A stretch of DNA of 45,067 nt, taken from assembly GCA_001626655.1 (NCBI GenBank), contig LUOC01000124.1:1-45067 (forward strand), in the 5' to 3' direction. Position numbers and translations under genes: made by a program. This document shows positions 9,492 through 18,606 of the stretch, piece by piece. Each line of letters starts with the position of its first letter. Position 1 is the stretch's first letter. The stretch is from Fidelibacterota bacterium REDSEA-S14_B6. Lineage in GTDB: Bacteria; Fidelibacterota; Marinisomatia; Marinisomatales; S15-B10. A model generated the notes under the pieces. It made no database searches and was not told the DNA's origin. It was given only the letters and a program-made list of their open reading frames with translations.

Positions 9492-9898
9492 TTATCCGTC
9501 TCCGCAATTGAGATTCGCGTGGCGTTAGCCATCTTGAGCTGGTCAAGCACCTCCACGTAAGTTTGGTACTTCGCTTTGGGGTGCGTTTTCACGGAAATAA
9601 TCAGCTTATCGTTGGCGGCCATTTTTTCCAACACCACCTGCCGAATGTCTTTGATCTGCAGCGGTTCCTTATCCAGAAGAACATCGCCCCGAGCGTTGAT
9701 AAGAAGGTTGGAAATGTTCTTCTTCGGAATCTCCTTCTCTTCCCCTTTTGGCGGCAGTACAAGCCCGAGACCCTTATCCATGTCGATGGTTGTGGTGACG
9801 AGAAAGAAAATCAGCAGCAGGAAAGCGATGTCCGCCATGGATCCGCTCGGTATATCTCCTGCTGTTCTGGAATGTCTGAACGATAATAGCCACCACAA
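9488..9898 (-). CDS. exbD: ExbD/TolR biopolymer transport protein (second copy; start uncertain)
   Basis: GDIPSGSMADIAFLLLIFFLVTT aligns residue for residue with GEIPTSSMPDIIFMLLIFFMVTT of the downstream copy. Translation must therefore begin upstream of ATG 9838. TTG 9898 is the nearest candidate; ATG 9985 is also possible. Confidence 0.65.
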   Translation of the reverse strand: MWWLLSFRHSRTAGDIPSGSMADIAFLLLIFFLVTTTIDMDKGLGLVLPPKGEEKEIPKKNISNLLINARGDVLLDKEPLQIKDIRQVVLEKMAANDKLIISVKTHPKAKYQTYVEVLDQLKMANATRISIAETDK

Positions 9899-10382
9899 GC
9901 CCGAACAGGGTTGTAAGAAGAGCGATGGAAATACCGCCCGCCACAACCGCCGGTGAAATGTCGTTGGCAGCTTTAATATCATCAAAGGCCTGAATCATAC
10001 CGGCCACCGTTCCAGTGAACCCGAGCATGGGAGCCAAACTCACAACAGTGCTGAGCCACACCATGTTCTTTTCCAGAAAGGCCATCTCGATAGTCCCGGC
10101 ATTTTCGATTCCTTTCTCCACCGCTTCGATTCCACGGTGCGCACGGCTCAATCCTGCATGGAACACTTCCGCCACGGGGCCTCGTGTCGTGGAGCACACT
10201 TCCAGAGCGCTCTCATGCCCTTCATCGTGCAAGGCAGTGCGGATGCTGTCCATGAATTTCTTTGTATCAACCGATGCGCGAAACAGTGTGTAAACCCTCT
10301 CCAGGCCAAACCCAAGGCCAAAGATTAAGAGCCCAAGAATTGGGTACATAAAAGGCCCACCGTCTAAAAAATACTGAACCAT
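9774..10382 (-). CDS. exbB: MotA/TolQ/ExbB proton channel protein
   Basis: Three TM helices and the conserved LAPMLGFTGTVAGMI and GGISIALLTTLFGLVVAI segments. The C-terminal tail is odd (His/Arg-rich) and overlaps the exbD frame. Confidence 0.8.
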   Translation of the reverse strand: MVQYFLDGGPFMYPILGLLIFGLGFGLERVYTLFRASVDTKKFMDSIRTALHDEGHESALEVCSTTRGPVAEVFHAGLSRAHRGIEAVEKGIENAGTIEMAFLEKNMVWLSTVVSLAPMLGFTGTVAGMIQAFDDIKAANDISPAVVAGGISIALLTTLFGLVVAIIVQTFQNSRRYTERIHGGHRFPAADFLSRHHNHRHG

Positions 10383-10486
10383 TACAGTTTTCTCCTTACT
10401 AAAGTCTTAGAAACGCTCACGAAAATAATGCTTTCGCCAAGGAATATCAAACGCCGAATCTCTGGATCAGTTCTCACGGAAAACTG

Positions 10487-12082
10487 TCAGTGTGACGAGA
10501 GAAATGACGACGCTTCATCGAGATGAGACATGGCCGCCACTACCTGCGGATCGTTGCTCACAAATATCTGGTAGTACGCCGATTTGCCCCAGATCGCTCC
10601 AGCGACTTCGGCCTTCAGAACTGACCTAATATAACGGCTGTCCTCCTCTATTTCGCCCCTGTCAACCTCCACATCCTGCTTTTCGACGTAGCCGAGAAAG
10701 TCGTCCAAAAGTGTGTCGGTGATCTGAAACTTGTTCTTAAAGGATCGAACATTTTCCCAGCCGTCTTTCCTTTCTTTTGCAAATTCTGTTCCCCAGTTAA
10801 AAGTCAGTCTTTTGGGGTGACCCACGAGGCGTGACGTTCCGGGGGTGTGCTCTGTCAGCGGAACGTGGACGTCCGGAGAGATGCCGCCGCCGCCGTAGAC
10901 TTCTCGGCCTTTCTTGGTCTTATACTTCGCTTTTCCCGTGCGAAGCGAATCGAGCATCTCTTCCCTGTCTTTCTTTCCGAAGTCTTCATAATAGTCGCGG
11001 ATTCCATTTTCGTAAGGCCTCTGAATCAGCCTGCCGCTTGGGGTGTAGTATCGCGCGATGGTGACGCGGAGGGCCGAGCCGTCCTTCAGGGGCCACTGCC
11101 GCTGGACAAGCCCTTTGCCGAAACTTGTCTCCCCCACCACAAGTCCGCGGTCCAAATCCTGAACAGCGCCCGCAACGATCTCGCTGGCGCTTGCGGACCA
11201 TCGGTTGATTAAAACAATGACGGCAAAATCGTCGTAGCCTCTGTTATTGTTGGCCATGTACACTTCGGACATTTCAGACTTTCGCCCGGCGGTGTAGACG
11301 AGCGTGTCCGGCGTGGTGATAAACAGGTCAGCCACATTGACTGCCTGCTCAAGATATCCACCGCCGTTTGTGCGAAGATCAAAGATGAGCCGTGTCATCC
11401 CTTCGGATCTCAGTCTGTCAATGGCTGAAGAGACTTCGTCAGACGTGCTGGAAGCAAACCTCGTCAGCCGCATATATCCCGTCCGGTCGTCAATCATGAA
11501 GGATGAGATGAGGCTGTAGATGGGGATTTGATCCCGGATGATCTCCACATCAAAAGTTTCTTCCAGGCCTGGGCGCCGAATGGTAATCATCACAGCGCTC
11601 CCTTTCGGTCCACGGAGCGTTCTGTAAACTTCTTCCCGCGTTATTTCGTAGGCATCATCGCCATCAATGGCGACAATCTTATCACCGGGCTGGAGGCCGG
11701 CGCGATCGGACGGGGAATCCACCACCGGCGCAATCACCGTGATATAACCACCCAGCAAATCGAACTCGATGCCGATCCCTTCAAACCTCCCCTGATACTC
11801 TTCGTTCACCTCCTCCAGTTTGTCCCGGGGGATGTAGGAAGAGTGGGGATCCAGTTCATCGAGCATGCCGAGGAATGCTCCGTCCAGCGCATTGTCCCAG
11901 TTCACCGGTTCAACATAGTTTTCGTTGACGATGGAGATGATCTGGTTCAGGACGCGAATCTTATCGTAGATGTTGACCGCCTTGCTGTAGGCGGCGGGGC
12001 CGACGGAGGCAGCGGTGAAGAGGAAGACGGCTGTGACCGCTCCGGCTATCAGAAGTCGTTTTTTTCTATTTTTCGGAATCAC
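10487..12082 (-). CDS. ctp: S41 family carboxy-terminal processing peptidase with PDZ domain
   Basis: PDZ segment GLQPGDKIVAIDG. S41 catalytic region RWSASASEIVAGAVQD...GETSFGKGLVQ. N-terminal signal/anchor. Confidence 0.9.
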   Translation of the reverse strand: MIPKNRKKRLLIAGAVTAVFLFTAASVGPAAYSKAVNIYDKIRVLNQIISIVNENYVEPVNWDNALDGAFLGMLDELDPHSSYIPRDKLEEVNEEYQGRFEGIGIEFDLLGGYITVIAPVVDSPSDRAGLQPGDKIVAIDGDDAYEITREEVYRTLRGPKGSAVMITIRRPGLEETFDVEIIRDQIPIYSLISSFMIDDRTGYMRLTRFASSTSDEVSSAIDRLRSEGMTRLIFDLRTNGGGYLEQAVNVADLFITTPDTLVYTAGRKSEMSEVYMANNNRGYDDFAVIVLINRWSASASEIVAGAVQDLDRGLVVGETSFGKGLVQRQWPLKDGSALRVTIARYYTPSGRLIQRPYENGIRDYYEDFGKKDREEMLDSLRTGKAKYKTKKGREVYGGGGISPDVHVPLTEHTPGTSRLVGHPKRLTFNWGTEFAKERKDGWENVRSFKNKFQITDTLLDDFLGYVEKQDVEVDRGEIEEDSRYIRSVLKAEVAGAIWGKSAYYQIFVSNDPQVVAAMSHLDEASSFLSSH

Positions 12083-12210
12083 AATTTTCTCAGTTGGACA
12101 GGATCCGAGCAGGTAAGTTTACTGTACAGTCGTCAGCGTGAGCAACTATAACCCAAAATAGATCATCGCCCGGACCGCCAGAGAATTCAGGCCCGTTTCA
12201 GGTGAGTCCG

Positions 12211-12999
12211 TTAAACCTTTACCGCAAGATATGGTTGAATATTGACAAAGGTCCCCGAGAGCGATGTTGTGGCGCCGCTGAAAGCAATCGTTGGAATCTG
12301 GCTGTTGTTGACATGTGTAATGTCGGCCTCAGTGATCTGGCCGTCCGAATTCGCGTCCGTCACCGGTGTTTCACCATTTGGGCGAATCTGAAAAACTGAC
12401 CTGAACTGGTCTTTCCAAGAAGGGCTTCCGGTTGTCTGTGAAACATTGAGGCTTAAGCGGCCGTAGCCAAAGAGGGAGCCGACGGAGACCTCCAGCCCCT
12501 TAAAGAGCGGAAACATGTATTCAATGGTAGCGCCACTGACCCACATGGAAATTTTCGCCTCTAAGTCCGGCGACTGGTTTCCCACTTCTGGGGGAGGTGC
12601 GTAGGCGGATTTTTGTTCCGTGTCCGCATCAAATTCACCGTCTTGATCGAGGTCGAGGAAAAGTATGATTTCGGGCCGCTTCGTCAAAAAGCTGCTCCCC
12701 ACCCCGGCGAAGCCGCCGATCCGAATCCGTTCGGTGATATTGGAAAACCCTTCTCCTCCATTGAGTACAAATGGATTTGAAAACTGTGTTAAGTCAAAGC
12801 CGAAGCCGGCTGTATCGCCTACCGAGCCCAACATTTCGAAGCTGCCCAGTTCGCCAAGGTTCTGAAACAGGAACATCTGGCTGAAGCCGACACCTCCGCC
12901 ATAGAACGACTCCGGCGGATAGTAATCTTCCTGCCCGAGAAGACAGATCGGCGCCAAGGACAAACATAGCGCCGCTCTTTTGATTGCACCGGTTACCAT
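12211..12999 (-). CDS. secreted hypothetical protein, possibly an outer-membrane beta-barrel, with two DxDxDG-type Ca-binding-like motifs
   Basis: Signal peptide (AALCLSLAPICLLGQ), Gly/aromatic-rich alternating segments, DLDQDGEFD and DANSDGQITEADI motifs. No family recognised. Confidence 0.4.
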   Translation of the reverse strand: MVTGAIKRAALCLSLAPICLLGQEDYYPPESFYGGGVGFSQMFLFQNLGELGSFEMLGSVGDTAGFGFDLTQFSNPFVLNGGEGFSNITERIRIGGFAGVGSSFLTKRPEIILFLDLDQDGEFDADTEQKSAYAPPPEVGNQSPDLEAKISMWVSGATIEYMFPLFKGLEVSVGSLFGYGRLSLNVSQTTGSPSWKDQFRSVFQIRPNGETPVTDANSDGQITEADITHVNNSQIPTIAFSGATTSLSGTFVNIQPYLAVKV

Positions 13000-13178
13000 A
13001 TTTTGCTCACCTCGGATAAGCGAGAGGGCAATTTAACTTTCCGTTTGTCTTAGTAACAAGCGACAATTGGCACCGGCCATTTTTTCTTGGTTTTGCCGAG
13101 GACGCCCGATATATTCGCTGACGGAGAGAGGTCGACTATTCGCTTCTCTTTGAATTCGCAAGCCGAGGTAAGGTAGAC

Positions 13179-14921
13179 ATGTTTCAATCGACGCGAACAG
13201 TTGCGTACTGCTCATTAGTCTCGCGTTCCTTCAAGAGCGCACTGCGCACTCTTTGTGTCATGTCGGCATTTCCCTGTCTGGTTACAGCCCAAAAAAATGT
13301 GGTCTCTCTCAGTGCGAGTTTTGATATCGACGGCGACGGTTTCAGCGAATTCCTCGCCTTAGAGAAGCAGAGTCCCCACGACCTGTCTCCTTCCAGCGCC
13401 GCTTTCTACGAAATAGATGAATTTGGATTCCACACTGAACTGTGGCGCCACACGACGCCCCGCCACATCGTCACCGCGGAGATTGGAGACCTTGATGGTG
13501 ACGGCTCTCCCGAGATTCTGGTTCTGAGCCGTTCGTCGTCCCTCGGAGCCGGCGCCGATGATCCGCCGTGGCTCAAGGTTTTCCGATGGGCCGGTTTTGA
13601 CTTCTCACCTTCGCCGTCCATCTCCTTGAGCGGCATTCGAGACAGTGAACGGCTGCGTCCCTCCGGAATCGCCCTCATCGATTTTGACATGGATGGAACA
13701 GATGAAATCTCCTTTGCTCAGGCGAGCCCCCAACGGTCTCTTTCTGTCAATTCCCTGCCGGGAACTGGTGCCCTTGAAGAAGCCTCTGCTCTCTCGTCCG
13801 CCGCCATCAGTTCGGGGTACGGTCATATCCATCTGGTGGAAACTGACTATAACAACGATTCGGCGCCGGACCTTATGGCCCTCAGTCCGGAGGCTTCCCG
13901 AGTCTGGCTACAGGTTTTTACGAACCGGGACGGTCAAATTTCGATGGGCCCATCGGCCGCTCCGAGCTATCCTTCCGGCACCGCGGCTCCTATCGGTCTC
14001 ATCCCGAGCGGTATGGCAAGCGTGGATATTGACGATGATAATTCGGACGAAATCCTCCTCCCCTTCGAATCGGGATCGGTTCTGGCGCTTAAGCAGATCG
14101 GGTCGGACTTTGCGCTGATCCCGGTCGGGGGCGATGTGGCCTCCCTGTTCCAGTTCCCCTCCTCTCTTACAGAATTGGACATAGATAATATTCTGCTCGG
14201 CAGGGCGGAGCTCGGCATGACCGGAACCCTCCAGCAGATGAATCTTAATGCTCTCCCAGTGGCGGCGGTTGATGTGGAGCCAGAAGTTCCCAGTGCACCT
14301 CCCGTTCCAGAACCGGAGATTGCGGCGGTCGAGCCCGAGCCAACCGTGGCCGAACCTGAGGCTTCTTCTAGGCCTTCCATCGGAACCATGCGCCTCTCCG
14401 CGGTCCCTGTGGCGACTGCGCAGGCGACTGTTCAGGATGATGAAGCCTCTCCCGCCAGAGTCGGTCTGACGGGGCGAGTTCAGAGGGCTGACCTTGCATC
14501 TGTCAATCGCGAAACCGGCGAAGTTTCGCCGCGACGAGGCGCAACGGCGTCATCTGCCAGCGGCCGGATGACACAGATTTCCCTCTCAACCCTCGGGGGT
14601 GCACCGGGAGGCCCCGCCGCTGTTTCCGATACAGCGTATGTTGAAACTCCATTTATATATCCTGTTGCCCCTTCAAGCGGAACTATGGCTACATTTAGAA
14701 AGATTATGTTCCCCGATGGCGCACGGTTTAACCCGAACTCGAGAAACATCGAATGGACACCCACTCCATCTCAGGTGGGATTCCATCGGTTTGAGTTCCA
14801 GATTGTGGTTCAGGGCGGTGGTAGCAGGCCTGATGTGCAAGAGGTGCGGGGGCAGGGTGTGACCGTCCGGTCTACCTCCAAGATTGAATCTTTCCAGTTT
14901 ACGGTGGTCGTACTGGAGTAA
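13179..14921 (+). CDS. secreted FG-GAP/VCBS-repeat protein with Pro/Glu-rich linker and one C-terminal Ig-like (He_PIG/cadherin-like) domain
   Basis: Repeated DxDGDGxxE(I/L) motifs (FDIDGDGFSEFLAL, IGDLDGDGSPEILVL, IDFDMDGTDEISF, VDIDDDNSDEILLP). Linker VEPEVPSAPPVPEPE. C-terminal ...FPDGARFNPNSRNIEWTPTPSQVGFHRFEFQ. Confidence 0.6.
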   Translation: MFQSTRTVAYCSLVSRSFKSALRTLCVMSAFPCLVTAQKNVVSLSASFDIDGDGFSEFLALEKQSPHDLSPSSAAFYEIDEFGFHTELWRHTTPRHIVTAEIGDLDGDGSPEILVLSRSSSLGAGADDPPWLKVFRWAGFDFSPSPSISLSGIRDSERLRPSGIALIDFDMDGTDEISFAQASPQRSLSVNSLPGTGALEEASALSSAAISSGYGHIHLVETDYNNDSAPDLMALSPEASRVWLQVFTNRDGQISMGPSAAPSYPSGTAAPIGLIPSGMASVDIDDDNSDEILLPFESGSVLALKQIGSDFALIPVGGDVASLFQFPSSLTELDIDNILLGRAELGMTGTLQQMNLNALPVAAVDVEPEVPSAPPVPEPEIAAVEPEPTVAEPEASSRPSIGTMRLSAVPVATAQATVQDDEASPARVGLTGRVQRADLASVNRETGEVSPRRGATASSASGRMTQISLSTLGGAPGGPAAVSDTAYVETPFIYPVAPSSGTMATFRKIMFPDGARFNPNSRNIEWTPTPSQVGFHRFEFQIVVQGGGSRPDVQEVRGQGVTVRSTSKIESFQFTVVVLE

Positions 14922-14922
14922 C

Positions 14923-17900
14923 ATGAAGACCGTTAGGATATTCCTCGCTTTTCTCATCGCATCTGCCGCGGCCATGGCGCAGAACCTTCAGATCGTCCAC
15001 ATGGACGGCGTGTACGATCTTGACAATGACGATCTTGTTGAATTCATCGCTTTTGAAGAGGCCCGTGAGACGGGCGGAACGGTGACGCGCATCGCTTATT
15101 ACGAAATCGATGATCTCAGTTTCCCGCAACTTATTTGGAATTTTGACACGCCCGGACAGATTAATGGGCAGATTATCGGGGCCCGCCTTGCGGACTTGGA
15201 TGGGAGCGGAACGCCTGAGCTCTTTATCGCCGCCAACGTGATTTCTGCGGACAACCCTGAATTCAGTCAGGCGGTCATCTATATCTACGATTGGATAGAC
15301 GGCACTTTCTCCACTTCTCCGGCCCTCTCCTCGGCGATCTCCACACCGGAGAGCCGGCAGGCCGTCAGCAACGTCGATGTTATCGATCTTGAAGGTGACG
15401 GCAAAGACGAGGTGGCCATCGCCCTCACCGGTCCCGAAGCGATGGTTACCATCATCGGCGAACAGAACGGTGAGGAGCGAAGGTTCGGCGAAGTGCTGAC
15501 ATTTCTCCTTCAGGATTTTTCCACAAGCGCCGGAGACGTACACGTGGCGGGAGTCGACTTTGACAGGGACGGCCTGTCTGACCTCATCGCTTTCAGCCCG
15601 GAGCGAAACGTCCTTCGAATTCAGTCGTTTCTTAATTCGGGCGGCATTCTCGGGATCGGCCCCGGCCTCCTCCACAGAGTTCCGGGGATGTCAAATATAC
15701 TCTCCAGATCTATCGCCCGCCTTAACTGGAACAACGACGCTACCGATGATCTCCTCATCCCATTTCAATCCGGGCATGTGGTCTCTCTCTCGCTAGATCA
15801 GCAAGGGATAGATGTTCGCGAGCTTGGGATCGAAGCCGGGCCTCTTTCTGATCTCAAGCATGCCGATTTTAACCACGACGGCATATTAGACCTTCTCCTT
15901 GTCAGCGGTCAGCAGGGCGTTATCACTGTCTCCTACGCCTCGCAGGATGATGTCCCTCCCCTCAATGAGTTCTTTTCCGTCGGCGCAGGAGAAGGGGGCG
16001 AAGGGGCGCAGATTTTTTCGGTGGTTCCGGAGATTGTGGACGATATATACCTTGGCACTGTCATCGCTGGTGGATGGACGGGGCAACAGAGTGAAATCTT
16101 CTACTTCGAGCTCGGCTCCGTTCCTGAGTATCCAGAAGAGATTCTCGTAGACACCTATATCCCGCAGGCGCGGTTGGAGGAGACGGTTGAGGAGATGCCT
16201 GTGATCCCTCCCGCCGAAGGGCAGCCCCTGCCGATAGGGATTCTCCCCACGTATGTATTGCCGATACACCAGACATTTGCCTACACCATCCCTGAGGAAG
16301 ACGATAGGGAATTCTTCAGTTTCCGGTGGATCGATCCCCCGCCAAGAGGGATGTATTTTCACTACGAAACACGTTCCATCGAGTGGGTTCCCGATGAGAT
16401 GCAGCTCGGCGCTTACCAGCTCTCCTTTCTGCTAAAGATGAAAGTGGGTGAAACGGTAGACATCCTGACGACTGATGAGGAAGGGGTAGTCACATATCAG
16501 GTTATCCCCGAGCTCGCTACCATTGAATCTCGATTCTGGATTTACGTGAATGACCCCCCAGCCATTGTATCCCACCCCGATCTGACGGAATTCGTGGCGG
16601 GCGACCCTTTCATTTATCAGGTCAACGCCACAGACAAAAACCAGGACGCCTTTCTCCGGTATACGCTGGAAAAGGCGCCGGAAGGGATGGCCATCGATCA
16701 GACTGGTCTTCTGGAATGGCAGACCGATGCGTCTCACATCAACATCTACGATGTGAGAATTGTCGCTTCAGACGGCTTCGACAGGGATGTCCAGAATCTT
16801 CAGCTCTATTCCCGGGGGCAGGTTGTTATTACATCTCTTCCTGAGCTGAGCGCCACAGTAGAGGAAGAATACAGCTACAAGGTAGATGTCCGAATGCCGG
16901 AGGATAAGCAGCATGAGCTGATCTATACGCTTGTCTATTCACCATACGGAATGATGGTGGACAATATGGGGCATATCACCTGGACGCCTCAAAGTACTCA
17001 GATCGACACCCAGCGGTTCGTCATTGCCGCAAACCATGGAATCGCTGTCGACACGCAGCGGGTCGCTCTCTTTGTTAACCATCCTGCTATACTCTCTTCC
17101 GTTCCCGAGCCGATGACAAAGATCGCCCTCAATGATACGTTCGACTTCCAACTGGTGGTCGATGATCCAAACGAGTTTGACGTTATCCGGTATGAGCCGA
17201 TCTCCCTCCCGGACGGCATGAGGATTGATCCGTCAACCGGCCGTATGCTCTGGATCCCCACCGAAGCCAATCTCGATTTTTCCACCGCCGAGCTGGAAAT
17301 CTCTGATGGCCACATGTCGCACGTTCAGTCTTACGACTTTTTCGTGAATGCGCCGATTCAGATTGTGTCCGAGCCTCCCACGCTGGGGGCGGTGGGTGAA
17401 GGATTCACCTACGAAATAGAAACGAAAGATCTCAATGAAGGGTCCCTCATGCCCTTCGCCAACGTAACGCCTGTCCACAGCACGGAAAACAGCACCGTAT
17501 TCGCTGTTGAAATTGGTGATGACGTCTACCGTGAAAACATCGACCGCTATATCGGTGAGTTCAAGGCAAAGAAAACCATCCTCCTGGAACTGGAAGACGA
17601 AGAGCCGAAGTCCGATGACGAGGTGGAGGAAGAGGAGACCGTCTCCCGCATCAATCTTAAACGGTATGTTCAGGATGTTTTTTACGAAGACGACCAGCTG
17701 TTTGTCGTGGTCAATAGGGTCGGTGGGCGAACGGTCAAGATTAAGGACGTCCTGTGGCATTTCTTTGAAGGAAACAAAGGGAAGCCACCGAAGGTTCTGG
17801 TGAACCGCATCCCCTTTGTACGGTACACGCTACTAGACTTCCCGGACGGGATGTTTGTGGACGAACATACAGGCACCATTTCCTGGACGCCCAACACAAA

Positions 17901-18603
17901 TCAGTATGACAGCCACATCGTCACCTATATGGTCTCTGACGGTTACACGAGAGATGAACAAAGTTTTGAGCTCTACATCAACCATCCTCCAACGATTATT
18001 TCTACGGCTCCGAAGGTCGCCCGTGTGGACGAGCTCTATAAATACAGAGTTGTCGTGGAGGACAAGAATGCCGACAGGAGTCTCTCTTTCGCCCTCTCCA
18101 AGGCGCCCAAAGGGATGCAGATCACACGGGATGGCCGAATTTCATGGAACCCCACACCGTCCCAGATTAACAGCAGGCTGTTTGCTGTAGAGGTGAGCGA
18201 CGGCTATACAACAGATATTCAGGAGACGAGGCTCTTCGTCAACATCGGGCCGAATGTGCTGACACAGCCAAAGCCTGTGGCACTCACAAACTTCGAGTTC
18301 CGCTACAGAATGGTCGTGGAAGATCTCAACGGCGACGACGTTAAGCTGCGTTCTGTCAAGATACCGAAGTACGCCCGATTTGATCCTGAGACAGGGATGC
18401 TTCGATGGAAACCGAGAATGGCCCAGCGCGGCGTCAACGACATTGTTCTGGCGGCCGTGGATGACCGCGGAGCAGCCACATCACATGAATTCCAGGTTCA
18501 CGTTTTTGAAGACCCCTCTTCCCAGCAGTTTGTCTCAACAAGCTGGCCACTACTGCTCGCCTTTGTCGGAACGATGTTTGTTGGCGTCGCCGCCCTGAAC
18601 TAG
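14923..18603 (+). CDS. large surface protein: FG-GAP/VCBS propeller-like N-terminus, about 8 Ig-like (He_PIG/cadherin-like) domains, C-terminal hydrophobic anchor
   Basis: ATG 14923 lies 1 nt after the upstream stop (TAAcATG). Signal peptide MKTVRIFLAFLIASAAAMAQ. FG-GAP-like motifs (LADLDGSGTPELFIA, VIDLEGDGKDEVAIA, VDFDRDGLSDLIAF). Recurrent P(D/E)GM.(I/V)D..TG.(I/L).W.P motifs. Terminal WPLLLAFVGTMFVGVAALN. Confidence 0.65.
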   Translation: MKTVRIFLAFLIASAAAMAQNLQIVHMDGVYDLDNDDLVEFIAFEEARETGGTVTRIAYYEIDDLSFPQLIWNFDTPGQINGQIIGARLADLDGSGTPELFIAANVISADNPEFSQAVIYIYDWIDGTFSTSPALSSAISTPESRQAVSNVDVIDLEGDGKDEVAIALTGPEAMVTIIGEQNGEERRFGEVLTFLLQDFSTSAGDVHVAGVDFDRDGLSDLIAFSPERNVLRIQSFLNSGGILGIGPGLLHRVPGMSNILSRSIARLNWNNDATDDLLIPFQSGHVVSLSLDQQGIDVRELGIEAGPLSDLKHADFNHDGILDLLLVSGQQGVITVSYASQDDVPPLNEFFSVGAGEGGEGAQIFSVVPEIVDDIYLGTVIAGGWTGQQSEIFYFELGSVPEYPEEILVDTYIPQARLEETVEEMPVIPPAEGQPLPIGILPTYVLPIHQTFAYTIPEEDDREFFSFRWIDPPPRGMYFHYETRSIEWVPDEMQLGAYQLSFLLKMKVGETVDILTTDEEGVVTYQVIPELATIESRFWIYVNDPPAIVSHPDLTEFVAGDPFIYQVNATDKNQDAFLRYTLEKAPEGMAIDQTGLLEWQTDASHINIYDVRIVASDGFDRDVQNLQLYSRGQVVITSLPELSATVEEEYSYKVDVRMPEDKQHELIYTLVYSPYGMMVDNMGHITWTPQSTQIDTQRFVIAANHGIAVDTQRVALFVNHPAILSSVPEPMTKIALNDTFDFQLVVDDPNEFDVIRYEPISLPDGMRIDPSTGRMLWIPTEANLDFSTAELEISDGHMSHVQSYDFFVNAPIQIVSEPPTLGAVGEGFTYEIETKDLNEGSLMPFANVTPVHSTENSTVFAVEIGDDVYRENIDRYIGEFKAKKTILLELEDEEPKSDDEVEEEETVSRINLKRYVQDVFYEDDQLFVVVNRVGGRTVKIKDVLWHFFEGNKGKPPKVLVNRIPFVRYTLLDFPDGMFVDEHTGTISWTPNTNQYDSHIVTYMVSDGYTRDEQSFELYINHPPTIISTAPKVARVDELYKYRVVVEDKNADRSLSFALSKAPKGMQITRDGRISWNPTPSQINSRLFAVEVSDGYTTDIQETRLFVNIGPNVLTQPKPVALTNFEFRYRMVVEDLNGDDVKLRSVKIPKYARFDPETGMLRWKPRMAQRGVNDIVLAAVDDRGAATSHEFQVHVFEDPSSQQFVSTSWPLLLAFVGTMFVGVAALN

Positions 18604-18606
18604 GCT

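Noticed and set aside
10384-10487. 9-bp inverted repeat ACAGTTTTC ... GAAAACTGT bracketing the whole ctp-exbB intergenic region
   Set aside because: The arms are short and about 85 nt apart, with no internal structure or extension. This is plausibly chance, and I cannot support a function.
11528-12151. 207-aa plus-strand ORF
   Set aside because: It is antisense to the S41 peptidase gene; a shadow ORF.
14899-15675. 258-aa minus-strand ORF inside the large FG-GAP gene
   Set aside because: It is antisense to a frame with clear repeated FG-GAP motifs and has no domain signal.
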